Assembly: GCA_040954595.2 (NCBI GenBank)
Contig: CM082593.2
Span: forward strand, 5,225,434-5,289,433
Reading direction: 5' to 3'
Source: Balanoglossus misakiensis
Taxonomy: Eukaryota; Animalia; Hemichordata
Length of the DNA stretch: 64,000 bases
The notes under the pieces were generated by a model. It was not told where the DNA came from. It saw nothing but the letters and a program-made list of their open reading frames with translations, and ran no database searches. Both the position numbers and the translations under genes were made by a program. Each line of letters begins with the position of its first letter. The stretch's first letter is position 1. Shown here one piece after another: positions 50,953 to 64,000 of this stretch.

Positions 50953-53900
50953 ACGTCATTTCAAGATTAGCCCGAGCAGTCGCCGATAGGTTCAACTTGC
51001 TAGATTCGAAGTAAACAGTAAAAATGTAGGTTGCCAGGGTTATTAATTTGTCGTGATTCTTGAACCTGTAAAACAGACGTCTTTTACCACCTGTACAGCG
51101 AAGATGACGTCATCGTCGATAGGACACTTAACGGTGAAAATTGTGTTGTTATCACCAGCTAAGAGACCCGGCTTTAAGATACTATATATAACACAGGGGG
51201 CTTACATTCACGGATTAAGGCATCGATGGTACAATAAAAACAGACAGAGCTCGATTGCTTTTCCCAAGTTGCTACAATTGTGTTTGGGAGCGAAAGCTGT
51301 CAGCATGCCGCATGAACTTGCTTTCTTCGAAGGTTCGTGACGTGGCGCGAACTAGATAATGACGCACTCTGTCACCTACACAACACTCTTGCTTCATGGA
51401 AGTGGGCGAAGAGTTTATTTGGATGCATATTCTGAAATGTCAATAGTCGGCCGTCGCCTCCACCCTTCACAGTAAGTCACAGTTTGCGTGGAGGATCTTA
51501 ACACCTGTATCTGCCTTAAAATACCAACCTGTCACTTTCGCGCAAGATTTTCGTGATGATGCGTGTTCTGCATTCCTTATTTGTTAACTCTCAAAATTGG
51601 AAAATGTGTTTACTACACAGTATGGAAACCGAAGCTTATTTAATTCAGTTTTTCGTTGGTCAAGGGCAATATAAGACTGAATTTGCATATTTATGGAATA
51701 CTGATGCCTAGTGTGATTAAATCCATGGTTACGGCGCTTGATGTCTAATAGAACATGTTTTGCTTAAAAGGAAAATAATTAGCCATGTTTCCGTTTAATT
51801 TCCTGCTCAATCATTGATTTAAAAAAATGTCGTCGGTATAGGACATTGTCCTATGAAAAAAAGGATTTTTTGCACCGTGACGTCATGGCGCGCGGTCAGT
51901 ATTGGTATCCGTGCAGGTTGAATTTTGCTCGTATCGATATGACGTCAAAAGACCTTATTCATCAAGAACTTGTTTTCCCCTGTGATAGGATTACTGTTGG
52001 ATCTTACCAATTTTGAAACTGACGACTCGGACTTCACATGAAACGAGAATATTATTTAACAGATTTGAACTAGTATAATGCTTCGTATCGAGAGACACCA
52101 AAACGCGGGGAACAGAACTGTCATCTCCGGATGCAAGAATCCCCGCATCCCAAGAGACAGCCGGGGGAGGACAAACGAGCCCCAAGTGAAAAATTACCCT
52201 TTACCGCTGAGAGATAAACGACTCCACATAGTTGATTAAAAACAAACCAAGGTTTCTCTGTCCCACATACAAAGTGCTGCTCTTTCCATTAAGTATCGTG
52301 TTTACGATAGTGCGTTTCCATCAAGTGTCCATTACAGTTCTCGTGATAGGAACCTTGAACGACAACGTCATCGATGACCAAGTCTAGCTATACGATACCA
52401 TGCATGATTACTGCGGTTGCGTAGTGTAGTATAAACGGTGCAATTCAGTTATCCTATACGCTTCATCATCAAGCCACGCCCTACTATGACATCCTCCATC
52501 AGTAACGTACATGCATAACAACCTGGGTTTGTTATATTCGCAAACAACATGTACTCTGGTAAAATCTAAATTATATATGGTATATCATGTTTAATCATGA
52601 TCACTATTGCGTGGCGAACTTGTACTTTACAGTAAACACGCAATCTGTCCACCTTCAACAAAAGCTCATTGTAGTCAACATGTCTATTTAAAATTGACAT
52701 TTCGGTCTAACTGTTTCTATATAATATTTTTCGTGACCCCTGGCATTCAAGTTGATGTTTTGATATTGTATAGGCGAGATGACATTTATATATTTAATAC
52801 CGCAGCCAAAGGCAGTTAATCAGAAGGTGAAAAATATCAAAAGTACTTTTCATGTTTCGGGGATTATCGGGGGCAAATGTGGTCGGAAGTCCCTCATAAT
52901 GATGAACACATTCGCGTGGGAATAAAACGTATATATCATTTAGTTGTTTGTCCAGGACGATAGAAAAATTGAACCAAGTTCCTGAATCATGTAAACACAG
53001 TGTAGTGTATACATCAAATGCTGAAAATCTTATCAAAAGTCCATGTAAAGACGGTATACTCTGTTACTGTATGCGTAGTCTGCTACAAGCCTTGGTTTAG
53101 GATGATGCTATAATTTCGACAGAAACCCCCGAGTAAAGGTTACAGACTGTTCGGAAGATGTAGCTTTTATGGCTTGTGGAATCAGTAAATGTGATCTGCC
53201 GTGCTCGGATGACTTTCCCTGAAACCTGTCTACACTGCGGTGCAATTACGTGACCGGACAGAAGAAACCTTAAAGGTGGATAGCGGAATAGGGGGAAAAT
53301 TTCCCGTACAATTATCCCTGAAAATGCGATACTGGTCAATAACAACCCCCCCCCCCCCCCGAAGCAGTCTAAGGTTTCAATTGAAGAAGCGTGCATCGTC
53401 AGGGCCTGCGCGTGTTGTAATGTAAACCAGTCGAGATGTGGTGTGGCCAGGTTTAGTACGGTGTAATCTTCAAGCGGACCTTTCAATTTTCTTTCAGTTT
53501 TTTTTTCGCGACACGTGACTAACTAAACAACAACAACTGCTACTTTTCCGTGTTTACTGTCTAGTATCCCACCAGGTTGCTTATACTTCGCTATCGGCCT
53601 CGTTAAACTCAAATAGCTATCCGTCTGTCATTTTACCGATCTGCGCTTTATCCGCGTGTAAGACTTCACCTCTTTAGTCGACAACAAAATAAGAAGCACT
53701 TTCCCGGGTCATCAACGGTGATTCAATCTGTTCAGTATTTTCAGCATACTACTGTAACAGTATCAAATAGTCTTTGAGAGCTATTACACTCGCTGCGTTT
53801 CAATTTGTGTGCTAAGTATAGCCCAACCTCAAGTCGCTACCTGAAGTAAACACGTACAAGCTTGTTAATGTTCAGGTACTCAACATTCTCGCATGGCAAT

Positions 53901-56070
53901 AGCAAAGCGATTAGCCGTATTCGTCCAACAAATCATGATCAACATGGCGCAATATCACCGCATTTAAATTTGCGTAAATCTACCCAAACCGATTACTTGT
54001 CTAAAATAAACAACAACATCGACACATTGATTTGACAAGATACCTCCTTTATTCACTCTTACATAAATGTTAAAACATATACAAAAAACCCTTAACACAA
54101 ATTGACAAGTGTCCATTGAATATTGTAAAATGATCTGATATGCAATGTAAATGTAATAAATGACGGTAAATTCTTCTGGTTTGATAAGTCACTATATCCA
54201 AACTTTTCGAATAAAAAAACGCATGTTTCTAAGAAACTGGAGAAAGGGGGTCATGATATAGGTCAATTCTAAATATTGTATGATTATCGATATCAGCTTT
54301 AAACCGTCAAAAATATAAAGACTACAAAGATGATATGAATAGACTGTCTCCCACGATATGATAAATAATTCCTAACAGCAAATATCACAATATAAATATT
54401 TAAAATGTGTTCAAAAAAGAGCAAAGCGTCCTGAAGTTATCGACAACTAAGAAGACGAGACTACACACTCTATATCAAGTAGTCTCGACACGGATATAAT
54501 ATATAACTTTTTTTAAAGTAATGTGGTTATAGATATGTGAATACGCGGAAAGAAATGACCCCGTGACCATATATGTAATTGATATGATTGTGCTCTTAAA
54601 TGATATGTGTACGGAATCATTATCACAAAAACAGCTTGTGCTCAGAAAGTGATAGTTGAAGCCACTAAGAAACGTGTGTCTAGAATATGATTAGTGAATT
54701 ATTGAGAGGTTTCTTTCGGGGGAAATTAGAGATTAGGAAGTGTACATCGTAAATAAGTTATAAAGTTATTAAACTAAACACGTTATAGGCAAAATAACGT
54801 ACATTATAGTAACATTTTGCTGTGTACGTTATGCAAATGTGGCCCATAAGTACATTTGGCAAATCGTGGATTTCATTTCATAGTTGTCTGCATGGCCCTA
54901 AGTTATTTTCTCGAATGAATATCGCAAAAACTTCAAATATATATCATATAATGATCCGTTTATTCTATTACATGTGAAAATGATTTTTAAAAAATTCAGC
55001 ACATTAAGTAATCATATATATAACGTTTACTCTCGTATCGTCTCGTCTCTTCTCGTCTCATCTCGTATGATACGTCTAGTCTCGTTTGGTTTCTTTTCGC
55101 GCCGCACAATCGTATCGTATCCATTGCACGGCACTTTGATCACCGTTATATTTGATTAGATAATAATATATATAGTTATATAATAAATATACACATATTT
55201 GGTTTGACACTGGAATTAAATTTATATTACATTTTCAGATTTCTACACTTTCAAGAAGAAACAGTATATAACTTGTCAATGTACAAAGTTTATACAAAAA
55301 ACGCTTCTCAGAAATTGTCTTATGCAGTTTGCTGTTTTCCTGGAAAGATAATACAATTCCAAACAGTTGAAAGTTGAAAGACTCAGTAGTGTCCGAATAG
55401 TGATGACGCAGCCTGTGACGTCATCATTGACATTACATGCTGTTTTTGACAAAATCGTCCTTTAAGACATCATGTGTGAGGGCAATCGTCGGAGAATTTG
55501 GTGTGTGTATGAAAATACATAAAATATTGACGTTTGCACAAAACTAGGCACTCTAGAGGATTTTACACATTTAAAGACAGCTTCACTCACATAATGTAAA
55601 TTATATATGATATGTACAGATCACTGTAAATGAATATGTGTTACATTTTAAACAATATAAATTGTCTATTTAAGACAGAAGTTGTTTACAAATATTTAAA
55701 AATAATATATCATTGGGTATATTTTCTCTGTTCGTCAGCTCAATCTCAATATCATACTGGTATGTTGTGAGCCATATTGCATTTCAATGCGATGTCTTTA
55801 TCCAATGACAGGGACAACCTGTGAGGAAAAAAAAGAGGAAAATTTAGAATATAGCCTGCGTGTGTGTAATAACCATTGTTATTGTTGACACATGAATTCT
55901 AGTCCGGACAACAATGCTGACTATACAAATGTATGCTGTGCTGGTAAAGGTAAATGCTGGACATTTCATCATGTATCAGAAATTTGAACAAGAAGTTGCA
56001 GTATATATACACAAACAATAGCGTTTAAAACATAGCGAAAAGATACAGCTAAAATAAGAAAAGGAGACAT

Positions 56071-58688
56071 TTACGTTTTAAGGGTCTCTGAACTAAGCGA
56101 TGTGCTCCGAGACGCCGACTTGTAATCGTAGGTCGCGTTGGAGACGCAAGTGCCGTTTGTCTTCAGGCTCTGCAAGGTGTTGACGGATAAAGAGCGGTCT
56201 TTCAAATAGCAGACATCGTGTATAGTCGTCCTCTGCCTCGTGGTCCTGCTCATGGTTGATCGACAGGACATGCTCATGCGCAGAGTGGGATTAAAGTTGC
56301 GTCGCTCCGGCGCCATTCCGAACTTGCACACCCGTCGACAGAATCGCTTCAAATCCTCCTGTAGCAGACAGAAAGGTAAGTGGATTAATGTTTTCATTTT
56401 TAAATGTTTTACATGTATCTCTCTCAAAAGGCGTCCGAATTCACGTACTGTATATGAAAAATGAAGTCCGAGTAAAATCAAGCTTGTATGTAGAAAGTTA
56501 ATTTGGTTCGCTTTACAACCCAAGTATTCAGTAATGATTAATTCTTATTCCTCGACTCCATGGCATTATTAAATTGGTAGTAAACTACAGGTTGGGGTGA
56601 CCCACTTTCGCATAAATTCTGCATGCATTGATTCTCTTGCACGCACTCATAGCCTTTGGATATGTGGCGTGGCAGAAGCGACGGATGTAGTAACATTTTT
56701 GTTGCAGTACTTACCCTAAAGCTGTCATTCAGAAAGACGTATATCAAAGGATTTATGAAGCTGTCTGTCATGGCAACCCAAGTTAAGACACATAAATACG
56801 CGGTGACGGTGGCTTCTTGCTGGTAATAATCGTTCACCGTGGCTCCGTTGAACAGCGTCACCAGGTAAAACAAATTAAACGGCATCCAACAGACTGCATA
56901 CAGCACTACGATCGACAGTAACATCTTGATAGTCTGAAACAAATAGCACACGTATATGTATATTTGGATTCATGCAGTATTTCTTACATTGCAGCTTTGT
57001 CAATAAAAAATAACGACTCCGTTATTGCGTGTTTCCATATAAGATTGATGAAACAAATCCGTTTTATCTAGACCTGGGAGATATAGTATTCTTCTCAATA
57101 ATTCGTTCAAGTTCTACTTATCTTATAAACACAAGTAATCTGATACAAATTGAATTAAAATGAGTTCTGTTAACTTTGAAGTCTGGTTTTACTGTATTTG
57201 CTGGCACAGAAGATAGAACCCTGTTTAAGTTAGTATCGCATGCACAGCGTAAAAGTCTCCTTTCGCTGATTTTTATTGTTCAGCCATTAAAAACGTCCCG
57301 GCGTATGTGCTGAATACAAATAGGCAAGTAACACTTGTGATAGTTTGAAAAAATACTCCTCCAGACCTTATCATCCATATACGTATATGATTTTGTTCAT
57401 CATGAAGGGACTTCTTCATGTTTACACGTAGTCCCATTTCGCTTAGGATGTCACTGGCAAAAAGCCACCGGTTCAAAGAAAGGTTAAAGTGAAGGGGTCG
57501 TCGCGCCGCGTTTGTTTGTTTATAAACATAGCATTTCATCCACAAATCCCTCAAATTAGAGATAATTCTTAGAATGAACGAAGCAGCCAAACGTAACGTA
57601 GACTGGGCATGCCAGCAACTGAAGATCCGAATAGGTCGTGGCGACTGCAGTGGGGTTTGCGCTGGTATGGGAGTACATCGAGGGGGACACCCACGCGGCG
57701 CGACGACCCATTCCCTTTATTGCCTGTGCTGCTATTTAACTGGCTTTTAAACACAGTAAAGCCCGTTAACTGGCGATTTATAAGCCATTAATGAACTGAC
57801 CACACGCAAGTACTCGTTGATGCGTGCATTACACCTCAAGTATACACTGCTTACCTTGCATCTAATTGAATACACCTATAGAATTGATATCGTTGGGCCT
57901 ATCCCCAGCACAATCGCACAAAAAAATATCCATTCGTAGAAAAACAATATTTTTAAATGACGTTTTAATATGGAAATTTTCTGCCGCGGGAGAGATCAAA
58001 TACGCAAATTCTATCCGTGTGCGTGTTCAGGTGTGACATGAGTTTATCCATCCAATTTTGTCGTTTCGGAACAGCAAGATCAATTTATATCCATGTTCCA
58101 CGTCTGTCTCTTAACCCAAATCCCTGACAATTTCTTTAAGCCAAATTCGGATTAATAGTTATTGGAAAGATACTCCAGCGGTATTGATGCGATATTGATG
58201 CAGCAAGCAAAATGAATATTTCTATAAACATAGACGTGTACCAAATCAAATAATTATGAATCATTTGCTGCAAATACCTTTTTCTTTGATTTTCTGTGTG
58301 ACGCGTCTCTTCCTTGGTCGGCGTTTCCTGGATAGCTTCTCCCCCACAGCTTCATGGCAACTTTGGTGTATGTGAACGACAAGATGATCAGCGGCACGAT
58401 GTAGGTGGTGATGAATAAGGTAAGTTCATAGATCATCTGCAGAGTGCGGTTGGGCCACCACTCCCGGCACACAGTCAAGGTGTTGTTCGCGCTTCTGTCC
58501 AGCGAGAAGATCCTCGTGTATGTCACTATGGGCTTGACAAGAGACAGGCTCAGCGAGATTGACCAGATCCCCGCCAAGATGATCTTCGGCCGAGACGCAG
58601 ACATTCGATTCTTTAGCGGATACATGACTGCGTAGTACCGATCGATGCCAATGGCTGTCAAAGTGAATATGCTGACACACTCCGATAT
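56071..58688 (-). CDS. Rhodopsin-family neuropeptide GPCR (leucokinin/tachykinin/RYamide/GPR83 clade); exons 58688-58278, 56933-56715, 56358-56071, with a possible extra exon 55818-55752; TM1-2 exons lie beyond the window
   Basis: Motifs VSIFTLTAIGIDRYYAVMYPL, C-REWWP, Y-x2-PL, KLWGRSYPGNADQGRD..KSKKK|TIKML, CWMP and DSFINPLIYVFLNDSFR. Phase-0 GT-AG junctions. Confidence 0.93.
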
Positions 58689-58859
58689 CTGAAAAGTACA
58701 TAAGGAGATATATATTATTGAACTAGTATTTACATAATGCAAACAAATTAAGTTTCTACAATCACTATAAGTATGTGTGTATATGTATCATTTTTCATAA
58801 ATAAAGTTTCCCGGGTACTTATACCAAGCGAGCTCTTGTACTGTGTCGTCATTTCTTTT

Positions 58860-61800
58860 CACGTAATTTCTGAATTTTCAGGAGCAATAACAAACCCATG
58901 AAAAATGCCGAAAAGAGACACCAACAGTCAAGAAATAGTCACTTTCTGACAATTTTCATGAGCTAAACCCATGAAAAATGTCGAAAAATGAAAAATTGAC
59001 CAAAAGTCAGCAAGTGGAGAAATTTTTTCACAATTTTCATAAGCTATAACCAATAAAAAATGTCAAAAATTGAAAGTTCGCGAAGTCGAAAAATTGACAT
59101 TTCTGGATGATTTTCATGAGCTATAACCCATGGTTTTTATCCAAAAACCACCAAATTTTGAAATTTCGCGAAGTCGAAAAATTAACATTTCTGGATGATT
59201 TCCATGAGCTATAACCCATGGTTTTTATTCAAAAACCACCAAATTTTGAAATTTCGCGAAGTCGAAAAATTGACATTTCTGGATGATTTTCATGAGCTAT
59301 AACCCATGGTTTTTATTCAAAAACCACCAATTTCGAAATTTCGCGAAGTCGAAAAATTGACATTTCTGGATGATTTTCATGAGCTATAACCCATGGTTTT
59401 TATCCAAAAACCACCAAATTTGGAAATTTCGCGAAGTCGAAAAATTGACATTTCTGGATGATTTTCATGAGGTATAACCCATGGTTTTTATCCAAAAACC
59501 ACCAAATTTGGAAATTTCGCGAAGTCGAAAAATTGACATTTCTGGATGATTTTCATGAGCTATAACCCATGGTTTTTGTCCAAAAACCACCAAATTTTGA
59601 AATTTCGCGAAGTCGAAAAATTGACATTTCTGGATGATTTTCATGAGCTATAACCCATGGTTTTTATTCAAAAACCACCAAATTTTGAAATTTCGCGAAG
59701 TCGAAAAATTGACATTTCTGGATGATTTTCATGAGCTATAACCCATGGTTTTTATCCAAAAACCACCAAATTTTGAAATTTAGCGAAGTCGAAAAATTGA
59801 CATTTCTGGATGATTTTCATGAGCTATAACCCATGGTTTTTATCAAAACATGACGAAATTTTGAAATTTCGCGAAGTCGAAAAATTGACATTTTTGGATG
59901 ATTTTCATGAGCTATAACCCATGGTTTTTATCAAAAAACGACGAAATTTTGAAATTTCGCGAAGTCGAAAAATTGACATTTCTGGATGATTTTCATGAGC
60001 TATAACCCATGATTTTTGTCCAAAAACCACCAAATTTTGAAATTTCGCGAAATAGAAAAATTGACATTTCTGGATGATTTTCATGAGCTATAACCCATGG
60101 TTTTTGTCCAAAAACCACCAAATTTGGAAATTTCGCGAAGTCGAAAAATTGACATTTCTGGATGATTTTCATGAGCTATAACCCATGGTTTTTGTCCAAA
60201 AACCACCAAATTTTGAAATTTCGCGAAGTCGAAAAATTGACATTTCTGGATGATTTTCATGAGCTATAACCCATGGTTTTTATTCAAAAACCACCAAATT
60301 TCGAAATTTCGCGAAGTCGAAAAATTGACATTTCTGGATGATTTTCATGAGCTATAACCCATGGTTTTTATCCAAAAACCACCAAATTTTGAAATTTAGC
60401 GAAGTCGAAAAATTGACATTTCTGGATGATTTTCATGAGCTATAACCCATGGTTTTTATCAAAACATGACGAAATTTTGAAATTTCGCGAAGTCGAAAAA
60501 TTGACATTTTTGGATGATTTTCATGAGCTATAACCCATGGTTTTTATCAAAACATGACGAAATTTTGAAATTTCGCGAAGTCGAAAAATTGACATTTTTG
60601 GATGATTTTCATGAGCTATAACCCATGGTTTTTATCAAAAAACGACGAAATTTTGAAATTTCGCGAAGTCGAAAAATTGACATTTCTGGATGATTTTCAT
60701 GAGCTATAACCCATGATTTTTGTCCAAAAACCACCAAATTTTGAAATTTCGCGAAATCGAAAAATTGACATTTCTGGATGATTTTCATGAGCTATAACCC
60801 ATGGTTTTTATCAAAAAACCACCAAATTTTGAAATTTCGCGAAGTCGAAAAATTGACATTTCTGGATGATTTTCATGAGCTATAACCCATGGTTTTTGTC
60901 CAAAAACCACCAAATTTTGAAATTTCGCGAAGTCGAAAAATTGACATTTCTGGATGATTTTCATGAGCTATAACCCATGGTTTTTATCCAAAAACCACCA
61001 AATTTTGAAATTTCGCGAAGTCGAAAAATTAACATTTCTGGATGATTTCCATGAGCTATAACCCATGGTTTTTATTCAAAAACCACCAAATTTTGAAATT
61101 TCGCGAAGTCGAAAAATTGACATTTCTGGATGATTTTCATGAGCTATAACCCATGGTTTTTATTCAAAAACCACCAAATTTGGAAATTTCGCGAAGTCGA
61201 AAAATTGACATTTCTGGATGATTTTCATGAGCTATAACCCATGGTTTTTATCCAAAAACCACCAAATTTGGAAATTTCGCGAAGTCGAAAAATTGACATT
61301 TCTGGATGATTTTCATGAGCTATAACCCATGGTTTTTGTCCAAAAACCACCAAATTTTGAAATTTCGCGAAGTCGAAAAATTGACATTTCTGGATGATTT
61401 TCATGAGCTATAACCCATGGTTTTTATTCAAAAACCACCAAATTTTGAAATTTCGCGAAGTCGAAAAATTGACATTTCTGGATGATTTTCATGAGCTATA
61501 ACCCATGGTTTTTATCCAAAAACCACCAAATTTTGAAATTTAGCGAAGTCGAAAAATTGACATTTCTGGATGATTTTCATGAGCTATAACCCATGGTTTT
61601 TATCAAAACATGACGAAATTTTGAAATTTCGCGAAGTCGAAAAATTGACATTTTTGGATGATTTTCATGAGCTATAACCCATGGTTTTTATCAAAACATG
61701 ACGAAATTTTGAAATTTCGCGAAGTCGAAAAATTGACATTTTTGGATGATTTTCATGAGCTATAACCCATGGTTTTTATCAAAAAACGACGAAATTTTGA

Positions 61801-64000
61801 AATTTCGCGAAGTCGAAAAATTGACATTTCTGGATGATTTTCATGAGCTATAACCCATGATTTTTGTCCAAAAACCACCAAATTTTGAAATTTCGCGAAA
61901 TCGAAAAATTGACATTTCTGGATGATTTTCATGAGCTATAACCCATGGTTTTTATTCAAAAACCACCAAATTTTGAAATTTCGCGAAGTCGAAAAATTGA
62001 CATTTCTGGATGATTTTCATGAGCTATAACCCATGGTTTTTATTCAAAAACCACCAAATTTCGAAATTTCGCGAAGTCGAAAAATTGACATTTCTGGATG
62101 ATTTTCATGAGCTATAACCCATGGTTTTTATCCAAAAACCACCAAATTTGGAAATTTCGCGAAGTCGAAAAATTGACATTTCTGGATGATTTTCATGAGC
62201 TATAACCCATGGTTTTTATCCAAAAACCACCAAATTTGGAAATTTCGCGAAGTCGAAAAATTGACATTTCTGGATGATTTTCATGAGCTATAACCCATGG
62301 TTTTTGTCCAAAAACCACCAAATTTTGAAATTTCGCGAAGTCGAAAAATTGACATTTCTGGATGATTTTCATGAGCTATAACCCATGGTTTTTATTCAAA
62401 AACCACCAAATTTTGAAATTTCGCGAAGTCGAAAAATTGACATTTCTGGATGATTTTCATGAGCTATAACCCATGGTTTTTATCCAAAAACCACCAAATT
62501 TTGAAATTTAGCGAAGTCGAAAAATTGACATTTCTGGATGATTTTCATGAGCTATAACCCATGGTTTTTATCAAAACATGACGAAATTTTGAAATTTCGC
62601 GAAGTCGAAAAATTGACATTTTTGGATGATTTTCATGAGCTATAACCCATGGTTTTTATCAAAAAACGACGAAATTTTGAAATTTCGCGAAGTCGAAAAA
62701 TTGACATTTCTGGATGATTTTCATGAGCTATAACCCATGATTTTTGTCCAAAAACCACCAAATTTTGAAATTTCGCGAAATCGAAAAATTGACATTTCTG
62801 GATGATTTTCATGAGCTATAACCCATGGTTTTTATCCAAAAACCACCAAATTTTGAAATTTCGCGAAGTCGAAAAATTGACATTTCTGGATGATTTTCAT
62901 GAGCTATAACCCATGGTTTTTATCCAAAAACCACCAAATTTTGAAATTTCGCGAAGTCGAAAAATTGACATTTCTGGATGATTTTCATGAGCTATAACCC
63001 ATGGTTTTTATCCAAAAACCACCAAATTTTGAAATTTCGCGAAGTCGAAAAATTGACATTTCTGGATGATTTTCATGAGCTATAACCCATGGTTTTTATC
63101 CAAAAACCACCAAATTTTGAAATTTCGCGAAGTCGAATAATTGACATTTCTGGATGATTTTCATGAGCTATAACCCATGGTTTTTATCCAAAAACCACCA
63201 AATTTTGAAATTTCGCGAAGTCGAAAAATTGACATTTCTGGATGATTTTCATGAGCTATAACCCATGGTTTTTGTCCAAAAACCACCAAATTTTGAAATT
63301 TCGCGAAGTCGAAAAATTGACATTTCTGGATGATTTTCATGAGCTATAACCCATGGTTTTTGTCCAAAAATCACCAAATTTTGAAATTTCGCGAAGTCGA
63401 AAAATTGACATTTCTGGATGATTTTCATGAGCTATAACCCATGGTTTTTATCCAAAAACCACCAAATTTTGAAATTTAGCGAAGTCGAAAAATTGACATT
63501 TCTGGATGATTTTCATGAGCTATAACCCATGGTTTTTGTCCAAAAACCACCAAATTTTGAAATTTCGCGAAGTCGAAAAATTGACATTTCTGGATGATTT
63601 TCATGAGCTATAACCCATGGTTTTTGTCCAAAAACCACCAAATTTTGAAATTTCGCGAAGTCGAAAAATTGACATTTCTGGATGATTTTCATGAGCTATA
63701 ACCCATGGTTTTTGTCCAAAAACCACCAAATTTTGAAATTTCGCGAAGTCGAAAAATTGACATTTCTGGATGATTTTCATGAGCTATAACCCATGGTTTT
63801 TATCCAAAAACCACCAAATTTTGAAATTTAGCGAAGTCGAAAAATTGACATTTCTGGATGATTTTCATGAGCTATAACCCATGGTTTTTATCCAAAAACC
63901 ACCAAATTTTGAAATTTCGCGAAGTCGAATAATTGACATTTCTGGATGATTTTCATGAGCTATAACCCATGGTTTTTATCCAAAAACCACCAAATTTTGA
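58860..64000. repeat. 88-bp satellite array (~56 homogeneous copies from ~59070, degenerate copies from ~58860); runs off the window end
   Basis: Consensus GAAATTTCGCGAAGTCGAAAAATTGACATTTCTGGATGATTTTCATGAGCTATAACCCATGGTTTTTATCCAAAAACCACCAAATTTT; period checked, e.g. 59511 to 59599. Confidence 0.98.

Noticed and set aside
59070-64000. CRISPR-like regular array
   Set aside because: No unique spacers and no cas genes, in a eukaryotic context; it is a satellite.

Overview
Intron-containing eukaryotic DNA, AT-rich with GT-AG introns. Gene content and repeats suggest a marine invertebrate, possibly a hemichordate or other non-vertebrate deuterostome; this is inference only. From left to right: (1) the last three exons of a retinochrome/RGR/peropsin-group opsin. 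(2) Two intact six-exon secreted Cu/Zn superoxide dismutase genes in tandem, plus a frameshifted third relic. (3) A gene-poor-looking ~33 kb stretch holding five small secreted prepropeptide genes. Each has a signal peptide, a mostly acidic pro-region, a basic cleavage site and a C-terminal peptide with 2, 6, 4, 8 or 6 Cys; four share a C-x(4-5)-C-x3-C core. (4) A solo LTR with a 4-bp target-site duplication, and several MITE/SINE remnants. (5) The 3' exons of a minus-strand leucokinin/tachykinin/GPR83-clade peptide GPCR, whose upstream intron contains a >5 kb array of an 88-bp satellite. The best candidate for an undescribed system is the Cys-rich prepropeptide cluster beside the peptide GPCR. 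All exon models were read by eye, with no expression data or database searches.
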